Shown here: positions 54,881 to 64,000 of the stretch, in pieces
How positions within the stretch are numbered: the stretch's first letter is position 1
How the letters are laid out: every line of letters starts with the position of its first letter
Origin: Eledone cirrhosa
Lineage: Eukaryota
Length of the DNA stretch: 64,000 bases
Reading direction: 5' to 3'
Assembly: GCA_964016885.1 (NCBI GenBank)
Contig: OZ024742.1
Location: 361,088,001-361,152,000, forward strand
Notes under the pieces: model-generated
Seen by the model: the letters and a program-made list of their open reading frames with translations, nothing else
The model's database searches: none
Told to the model about the DNA's origin: nothing
Made by a program: the position numbers and the translations under genes

Positions 54881-55098
54881 AGGGTGGTGATTGACAGTAT
54901 TGGTAGAGTGTCCGACAATGTTTTGCAGCAAAGAGTTACGGCCCTTTACGTTCTACATTCAAATCCTGCTGGGGTTAACTTTGCCTTTCGTCCTTACGTG
55001 GTCAATAAAATAAGCACCAGTAATGGATAGGGTCGATTTAATCGACTTTCCCCACCCCATAATTGCTGACCTTGTGCCTAAAGTAGAAACAATTATTA
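54881..55098 (+). mobile_element. SINE family B
   Basis: Head, B box TTCAAATCCTGC, central domain, CCTTGTGCCTAAAGTAGAAACAATT end. Confidence 0.85.
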
Positions 55099-55130
55099 TG
55101 TTAATGTATATCTGAGTATAAGTGGAAGCA

Positions 55131-55190
55131 AGCATAGAATGCAAAGCATGGTGTCCGACCCTCTACCGATACTGCCAACCCACCACCCTG
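55131..55190 (-). mobile_element. Isolated family B SINE head, inverted
   Basis: Reverse complement reads GGTTGGCAGTATCGGTAGAGGGTCGGACACCATGCTTTGC. Confidence 0.75.
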
Positions 55191-55358
55191 ATGATGATGT
55201 TATTTTAAAACAAATCAACGAGGAAGAATAAAATAATGGTGATGTAGCTTTTGTTAATATAAATCTTGTGGCTCCAAGTATCATCTAAGTTGTTATAGTA
55301 TATGATAAATTATTGTTCAGTCATAGTGTCTGAATCACCTCCAAGTTATGGGGAAACG

Positions 55359-55661
55359 AAGGCCAAATTTAATGGGGGGTGGGGTGAAGGGTGCAATTGC
55401 TCTAGGCCCCTGCATTGGGGGACCCCACCAGTGATGCCTGTAGCAATTTATTTCTACCCTTAGCTGGGATTTTTAGTTTTAGGATGGTTAGAATTTTTGA
55501 ATATAATACCTGTATGTATAACTTCAATTCCAATTAATTACACCAAACTAACTTTGATATGTAAAATTGGGGCGTTTGCTGTGTATTCTAATATTTTGTG
55601 TATGAGGGGGCTCCCCCAAACTTGAAGTGTCCAAGGCTCCCCAAGGTCAGAATCCAACCTT
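55359..55661. mobile_element. Possible decayed non-autonomous hAT-like DNA transposon
   Basis: AAGGCCAAATTT..GCAATTGCTCTAGGCCCC left end, AATCCAACCTT right end, similar flanks GGGGAAAC/GGGGACAA; related end at 57850-57895. Confidence 0.3.
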
Positions 55662-57159
55662 GGGGACAACAGCCAATAGTTCATTAGTGTAATCTGTAAG
55701 TCCACTGTATAATTAATCTGCATTTATCAAGACCATCCTTTCACATACTCAAGCAGAACTACAGACTTCTCAGATTGATGGAGGCCTACATCTACTCCCA
55801 CACACTAACTCCCATACACTAAAACATACATTTTACCATGGCACCAGGAGTAGGGAAGTTGCCCTATCATTGCCACAGATGAAGAGTCCTCCATACATAG
55901 ATTTTTCTTTTCTTTTTGTGGTGGGGTCGGGGTGTATAATAGTAGTGGACACAGCTCGTTTATTTTAATCACACAAAACATAATAAAATATATGTGAGGA
56001 AGACTGAACATTTCTGGCGTGCATGTCTGATAGTGCACATGTTCATCTCTTCCCCTATCAAGTGACAAACTATTCTACGTTTGTGTGTCTCACGTGTGAT
56101 GACTCACATGCCCACATGGCTTGCATGCTTTGTATTTACTATAATTACTCTGGTTTGTACAAAATAAATGACCTTATGCAATAGGACTCTATTGTACAGT
56201 AGGGTGTCTTGAAAAGAGAATCTAGGATTTAACAGTCCAACTCTCGACAGCAGACCCTTTAAAATAATATTTTTTTACTCAAATATGTTTAAATAAGATT
56301 TAGATTACCAAAGAATCAAGTGCTACTGAAATTAATCCATACCTGCACCATATACTCTGCTTTGTTCAGTCACGGCAATAACTGTATGAAGAATGAGATG
56401 ATGATGAAGATGATGACCGTGTTAGTGTTAGTGAGGAATAAGAAGGAGAAAGAGGAAGAAGAAATGAGTGAAGATATTTGGAAATGAAAGAAAGAAAAGA
56501 AACTGGTTTCCTATAAAGTTGATCATATACAGTTTATTGTTTATAATAAGCTGAATGAAACCACATTTCTCTTCTAGCAGCAGATTTAGTCCCTTTATCA
56601 CAGAATAAAAATAATAGCAATAAGACAGCAGATAGTGAGTTGGAGATGGTTTGTAAAGTTATAATTTTAAATATGGCTGAAGTTGAATGACTAAAAAGTG
56701 GTGAACACAAAGAAATGAAACATCAGCAAAGATATTATTATATCATCATAATGAAAACGGAAATGAGAACGTAAAATTATTGCATGCTATTCAGTTATTA
56801 ATAATTTTATAGTCAGGCTGAAGATATTTTATTTCCTAATTCCATGAAAGGACATTCACATCAATTTTGTTAGTTTGTCACTTATTTCTTTTCACCTACA
56901 AAACAATGTTGTCTTGTTGTTCTTTCTTTTAATTCCTATATTACCTTTATTTTCATAGTAAATTATTTATTATTTTTCTCTTTATTTTTAATATTAATCC
57001 TGTGGTGAATAGTCAGCAGTACACATCCATTAATATCCATATAGTGCAAGACACAGATAGCGCAATGATGGCAGTGGGGTAATTTACAATAGTATTAATA
57101 ACGACAATAACAAGGATGATGATGAAGGTGATGATGATAATCATTATTATGATGATAAA

Positions 57160-57350
57160 GGGCAGTGAATTGGCAGTATTGGTAGAGGGTCAGACATGCT
57201 TTCCAGTGTAGTTACGTCACTTTACGATCTGAGTTCAAATCCTGCCGAGGTTAACTTTGCCTTTCATCCTTACGGGGTCGATAAAATAAAGTACCAGTAA
57301 TACACTGGATATTTGCTGGCCTTGTGCCAAAAGTAGAAAGAATTATTATG
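57160..57350 (+). mobile_element. SINE family B, well preserved
   Basis: GGCAGTGAATTGGCAGTATTGGTAGAGGGTCAGAC, GAGTTCAAATCCTGCC, central domain, tail. Confidence 0.88.
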
Positions 57351-57544
57351 ATGATAAAGGGAAGTATATGCTTTCATAACTCTTTAGTTATAATGGAAAA
57401 GAAGTTTTATTTTGCATGAAATACAGATTGCTGGATTTCTTTGACCTTTCAGCAGAAGTTCAAAAAATGATAATGATTATGTTGGTAGTTACAAATGTCG
57501 TGATATCTGTGACTGTGGTGTTAGCTACAGAGCCAGTAATATAT

Positions 57545-57826
57545 ATGACAGTGGTGATAGCTACAGTGCTAGTGACAGTGATAGCTACAGTGCTAGTTAT
57601 AGCTACGACTGTAACGATAGCAAGAGTGACAAGGATAGCTACAGTGCTAGTGATAGCTACAGTGCTAGTTATAGCTATGACTGTGGTGATAGCTATGACT
57701 GTGGTGATAGCTAGAGTGACAAGGATAGCTACAGTGCTAGTGATAGCTACAGTGCTAGTTATAGCTATGACTGTGGTGATAGCTATGACTGTGGTGATAG
57801 CTAGAGTGACAAGGATAGCTACAGTG
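57545..57826. repeat. 90-bp tandem repeat built from 18-bp GATAGCTAC/TAT subunits
   Basis: AGAGTGACAAGGATAGCTACAGTGC recurs at about 57623, 57713 and 57803. Confidence 0.85.
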
Positions 57827-57971
57827 CCCTCAAATGTCACCCCTCTATAGTTGTTGGCAATTGCTCCCTTTGCACCGCATTAAATCTAGACCTGAGCATT
57901 GAAATGAGTGTGGTGAGTACAACAGCAACAACTAAGGTGGATGGATTGACTGTGGACACAGCAGCAATGAT

Positions 57972-58090
57972 AGTGGTGACAGAGGGGTGACATAGGGGTG
58001 ACATGGGGTGACATGGGGTGACATAGGGGTGACATAGGGGTGAAATAGTGGTGACATAGGTGTGACAGAGGGGTGACAGAGTAGTGACAT
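57972..58090 (+). repeat. 10-11-bp (AGGGGTGACAT)n G-tract repeat
   Basis: Six GGGG tracts within 57984-58040. Confidence 0.85.
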
Positions 58091-58099
58091 TGTGATGAT

Positions 58100-61000
58100 G
58101 TTAGGATGATAGAGTAGTGACATTAGGATGATAGAGTAGTGACATTAAGATGATAGAGTGGGGATATTAGGATGATAGAGAGGTGACATTAGGATGATAG
58201 AGTGGTGATACAGTGGTGATATTAGGGTGATAGAGTGGGATATTAGGATGATAGAGTAGGATATTAGGATGATAGAGTGGTGACATTAGGATGATAGAAT
58301 GGTGATATTAGGATGATAGAGTGGTGATATTAGGGTGATAGAGTGGGATATTAGGATGATAGAGTGAGGATATTAGGCTGATAGGGTGGGGATATGAGGA
58401 TGATAGAGTGGTGACATTAGGCTGATAGAGTGGGGATATTAGGATGATAGAGTGGGGATATTAGGATGATAGAGTGGGGATATTAGGATGATAGAGTGGT
58501 GACATTAGGCTGATAGAGTGGGGATATTAGGATGATAGAGTGGGGATATTAGGATGATAGAGTGGGGATATTAGGATGATAGAGTGGTGACATTAGGCTG
58601 ATAGAGTGGGGATATTAGGATGATAGAGTGGGGATATTAGGATGATAGAGTGGGGATATTAGGCTGATAGGGTGGAGATATTAGGCTGATAGGGTGGAGA
58701 TATTAGGATGATAGAGTGGTGACATTAGGCTGATAGAGTGGGGATATTAGGATGATAGAGTGGGGATATTAGGATGATAGAGTGGGGATATTAGGATGAT
58801 AGAGTGGGGATATTAGGAGATATAGTCGTGATATTAGGATGATAGAGTGGTGACATTAGGGAGATAGAGTGGTGACATTAGGCTGATAGAGTGGGGATAT
58901 TAGGATGATAGAGTGGGGATATTAGGATGATAGAGTGGGGATATTAGGCTGATAGGGTGGAGATATTAGGATAATAGAGGGGTGATATTAGGATGATAGA
59001 GTGGTGATAGTAGGATGATAGAGTGGGGACATTAGGATGATAGAGTGGTGACATTAGGGAGATAGAGTGGTGACATTAGGCTGATAGAGTGGGGATATTA
59101 GGATGATAGAGTGGGGATATTAGGATGATAGAGTGGGGATATTAGGCTGATAGGGTGGAGATATTAGGATAATAGAGGGGTGATATTAGGATGATAGAGT
59201 GGTGATAGTAGGATGATAGAGTGGGGACATTAGGATGATAGAGTGGTGACATTAGGATGATAGAGTGGTGATATTAGGATGATAGAGTGGGGACATTAGG
59301 ATGATAGAGTGGTGACATTAGGATGATAGAGTGGTGATATTAGGATGATAGAGTGGTGATATTAGGATGATAGAGTGGTGATAGTAGGATGATAGGGTGG
59401 TGATATTAGGATGATAGAGTGGTGACATTAGGATGATAGAGTGGTGATATTAGGAGATAGAGTGGTGATATTAGGATGATAGAGTGATGATAGTAGGATG
59501 ATCGAGTGGTGATATTAGGATGATAGAGTGGTGACATTAGGATGATAGAGTGGTGATATTAGGAGATAGAGTGGTGATATTAGGATGATAGAGTGGTGAT
59601 ATTAGGATTATAGAGTGGTGATATTAGGATTATAGAGTGGTGATATTAGGATGATAGTGTGGTGATATTAGGATTATAGAGTGGTGATATTAGGATGATA
59701 GAGTGGTGATATTAGGATTATAGAGTGGTGATATTAGGATGATAGAGTGGTGATATTAGGAGATAGAGTGGTGACATTAGGATGATAGAGTGGTGATATT
59801 ATGATGATAGAGTGGGGATATTAGGATGATAGAGTGGGGATATTTGGATGATAGAGTGAGGATATTAGGGTGATAGAGTGGTGATATTAGGATGATAGAC
59901 TGGGGATATTAGGATGATAGAGTGGGGTTATTAGGAGGATAGAGTGGGGATATTAGGCTGATAGGGTGGTGATATTAGGATGATAGAGTGGTGATATTAG
60001 AAAGATACAGTGGTGATATTAGCGTGATAGAGTGGTGATATTAGGATGATAGAGTGGGGACATTAGGATGATGGAGTGGGGATATTAGGATGATAGAGTG
60101 GGGATATTAAGCTGATAGGGTGGGGATATTAGGATGATAGAATGGTGATATTAAGATGATAGAATGGTGACATTAGGATGATAGAGTGGTGACATTAGGA
60201 TGATAGAGTGGTGATATTAGAAAGATAGAGTGGTGATATTAGCGTGATAGAGTGGTGATATTAGGATGATAGAGTGGGGACATTAGGATGATAGAATGGT
60301 GACATTAGGATGATAGGGTGGTGATATTAGGGTGATAGAGTGGTGAAATTAGAATGATAGAGTGGTCATATTAGGATGATAGAGTGGGGTTATTAGGATC
60401 ATAGAGTGGTGACATTAGGATGATAGAGTGGTGACATTAGGATGATAGAGTGGTGATAGTAGGATGATAGGGTGGTGATATTAGGATGATAGAGTGGTGA
60501 TATTAGCGTATTAGAGTGGTGATATTAGGATGATAGGGTGGTGATATTAGGATGATAGAGTGGTGGTGATATTAGGAGATAGAGTGGTGACATTAGGATG
60601 ATAGAGTGGTGACATTAGGATGATAGAGGGGTGACATTAGGATGATAGAGTGGTAACATTAGGATGATAGAGTGGTGATAGTAGGATGATAGGGTGGTGA
60701 TATTAGGATGATAGTGTGGTGACATTAGGAGATAGAGTGGTGACATTAGGATGATAGAGTGGTAACATTAGGATGATAGAGTGGTGATATTAGGATCATA
60801 GAGTGGTGACATTAGGATGACTGAGTGGTGATAGTAGGATGATAGAGTGGTGACATTAGGATGATAGACTGGGGATATTAGGATGATAGAGTGGTGATAT
60901 TAGGAAGATAGAGTGGTGATATTAGGCTGATAGAGTGGGGACATTAGGATGATAGAATGGTGACATTAGGATGATAGGATGGTAAAATTAGGGTGATAGA

Positions 61001-64000
61001 GTGGTGAAATTAGAATGATAGAGTGGTGATAGTAGGATGATAGAGTCGTGATATTAGGATGATAGAGTCGTGATATTAGGATAATAGAGTCGTGATATTA
61101 GGATAATAGAGTCGTGATATTAGGATGATAGAGTGGGGATATTAGGATGATAGAGTGGGATATTAGAATGATAGAGTGGTGATATTAGGATGATAGAGTC
61201 GTGATATTAGGATGATAGAGTGGGGATATTAGGATGATAGAGTGGTGACATTAGTATGATAGAGTGGTGACATTACGATGATAGAGTGGTGATATTAGGA
61301 TGATAGAGTGGTGATATTAGGATTATAGAGTGGTGATATTACGATGATAGAGTGGAGATATTAGGATGATAGAGTGGTGATATTAGTATGATAGAGTGGG
61401 GATATTTGGATGATAGAGTGGGGATATTAGGGTGATAGAGGGGTCACATTAGGATGATAGAGTGGTGACATTAGGATGATAGAGTGGTGATATTAGGATG
61501 ACAGAGTGGGGATATTAGGCTGATAGGGTGGGGATATTAGGATGATAGAATGGTGATATTAAGATGAAGGAGTGGTGACATTAGGATGATAGAGTGGTGA
61601 CATTAGGAAGATAGAGTGGTGATATTAGCGTGATAGAGTGGTGAAATTAGAATGATAGAGTGGGGACATTAGAATGTTAGAATGGTGACATTAGGATGAT
61701 AGGGTGGTGATATTAGGGTGATAGAGTGGTGAAATTAGACTGATAGAGTGGTGATAGTAGGTTGATAGAGTCGTGATATTAGGATGATAGAGTGGGGATA
61801 TTAGGATGATAGAGTGGTGATATTAGGATAATAGAGTTGTGATATTAGGATGATAGAGTCGGGATATTAGGATGATAGAGTGGGGATATTAGGATGATAG
61901 AGTGGGGATATTAGAATGATAGAGTGGTGATATTAGGATGAAAGAGTCGTGATATTAGGATGATAGAGTGGGGATATTAGGATGATAGAGTGGGGATATT
62001 AGGCTGGTAGGGTGGGGATATTTGGATGATAGAGTGGTGACATTAGGATGATAGAGTGGTGACATTAGTATGATAGAGTGGTGACATTACGATGGTAGAG
62101 TAGTGATATTAGGATGATAGAGTGGTGATATTAGGATTATAGAGTGGTGATATTACGATGATAGAGTGGGGATATTAGGATGATAGAGTGGTGATATTAG
62201 GAGATAGAGTGGTGATATTAGGATGATAGGGTGGTGATAGTAGGATGATAGAGTGGTAACATTAGGATGATAGGGTGGTGATATTAGGATGATAGAGTGG
62301 TGATATTAGGAGATGGAGTGGTGACATTAGGATGATAGAGTGGTGATATTAGGAGTATAGAGTGGTGATATTAGGATGATAGAGTTGTGATATTACGATG
62401 ATAGAGTGGGGATATTAGGATGATAGAGTGGGGATATTTGGATGATAGAGTGGGGATATTAGGATGATAGAGGGGTCACATTAGGATGATAGATCGGTGA
62501 CATTAGGATGATAGAGTGGTGATATTAGGATGATAGACTGGGGATATTCGGATGATAGAGTGTGGATATTAGGCTGATAGGGTGTGGATATTAGGATGAT
62601 AGAATAGTGATATTAAGATGATAGGGTGGTGACATTAGGATGATCGAGTGGTGACATTAGAATGATAGAGTGGTGATATTAGGAAGATAGAGTGGTGATA
62701 TTAGGATGATAGAATGGTGACATTAGGATTATAGGGCGGTGATATTAGGGTGATAGAGTGGTGAAATTAGAATGATAGAGTGGGGACGTTAGGATGATAG
62801 AATGGTGATATTAGGATGATAGGGTGGTGATATTAGGGTGATAGAGTGGGGACATTAGGATGATAGAATGGTGACATTAGGATGATAGGGTGGTGATATT
62901 AGGGTGATAGAGTGGTGAAATTAAAATGATAGAGTGGTGATATTAGGATGATAGAGTGGTAACATTAGGATGATAGAGGGGTGACATTAGGATGACAGGG
63001 TGGTGATATTAGGATGATAGAGTGGTGATATTAGGAGATAGAGTGGTGACATTAGGATGATAGAGTGGTGATAGTAGGATGATAGAGTGGTGATATTAGG
63101 ATGATAGAGTGGGGATATTAGGATGATAGAGTGGGGATATTACGATGATAGAGTGGTGACATTAGGATGATAGAGTGCTGACATTAGGGTGATAGAGTGG
63201 TGATATTAGGATGATAGAGTGGTGATATTAGGATGATAGAGTGGGGATATTAGGATGATAGAGTGGGGATATTTGGATGATAGAGTGGGGATATTAGGGT
63301 GATAGAGGGGTCACATTAGGATGATAGAGTGGTGACATCAGGATGATAGAGTGGTGACATTAGGATGATAGACTGGGGATATTAGGATGATAGAGTGGGG
63401 ATATTAGGGTGATAGAGTGGTGATATTAGGATGATAGAGGGGTGACATTAGGATGATAGAGTGGGGATATTAGGATGACAGAGTAGGGATATTAGTCTGA
63501 TAGGGTGGGGATATTTGGATGATAGAGTGGTGACATTAGGATGATAGAGTGGTGATATTAGGATGACAGGGTGGTGATATTAGGATGATAGAGTGGTGAT
63601 ATTAGGAGATAGAGTGGTGACATTAGGATGGTAGAGTGGTAACATTAGGATAATAGAGGGGTGCCATTAGGATGATAGAGTGGTAACATTAGGATGATAG
63701 AGTGGTGACATTAGGATGATAGAGTGGTGACATTAGGGTGATAGAATGGTGACATTAGGATGATAGAGTGGTGATATTAGGATGATAGAGTGGTGATATT
63801 AGGATGATAGAGTGGGGATATTAGGATGATAGAGTGGGGATATTTGGATGATAGAGTGGGGATATTAGGGTGATAGAGTGGTGATATTAGGATGATAGAG
63901 TGGTGATATTAGGATGATAGAGTGGGGATATTAGGATGATAGAGTGGGGATATTTGGATGATAGAGTGGGGATATTAGGGTGATAGAGGGGTCACATTAG
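58100..64000 (+). repeat. 22-bp G-rich satellite (TTAGGATGATAGAGTGGTGATA), runs off window end
   Basis: Period 22 throughout; variants GGGGATA, GGTGACA, TTAGGGTG; + strand nearly devoid of C. Confidence 0.97.

Noticed and set aside
57416-57850. 144-aa Val/Ile/Ala/Thr-rich ORF and its antisense ORF
   Set aside because: Produced by 18/90-bp tandem repeats; open on both strands; no recognisable domain.
58100-64000. True telomeric tract
   Set aside because: TTAGG/TTAGGG occur once per 22-bp unit, never as tandem telomere repeats.

Overview
AT-rich eukaryotic, repeat-dominated DNA with no supportable host protein-coding gene. The SINE/LINE families resemble those of coleoid cephalopods such as Octopus (inference from memory). 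About 62% of the window (11461-50854) is one tandem satellite of 45/48/51/52-bp monomers. It appears to have grown in place from the 5' A-box head of a tRNA-derived SINE, because the last monomer runs straight into the rest of that SINE. The array holds nested higher-order duplications (4731, 1959, 1496 and 693 bp). A second, G-rich 22-bp satellite fills ~58100-64000 and runs off the window. The flanks carry RTE LINE pieces (one with a PHD finger inside the RT region), CR1-like pieces, a CRE-like endonuclease remnant and two SINE families, one sharing modules with the RTEs. They also hold a Penelope-type hammerhead-like motif, palindromes, an 80-bp tandem repeat with a micro-inversion, and microsatellites. 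The satellite ORFs are treated as artefacts.
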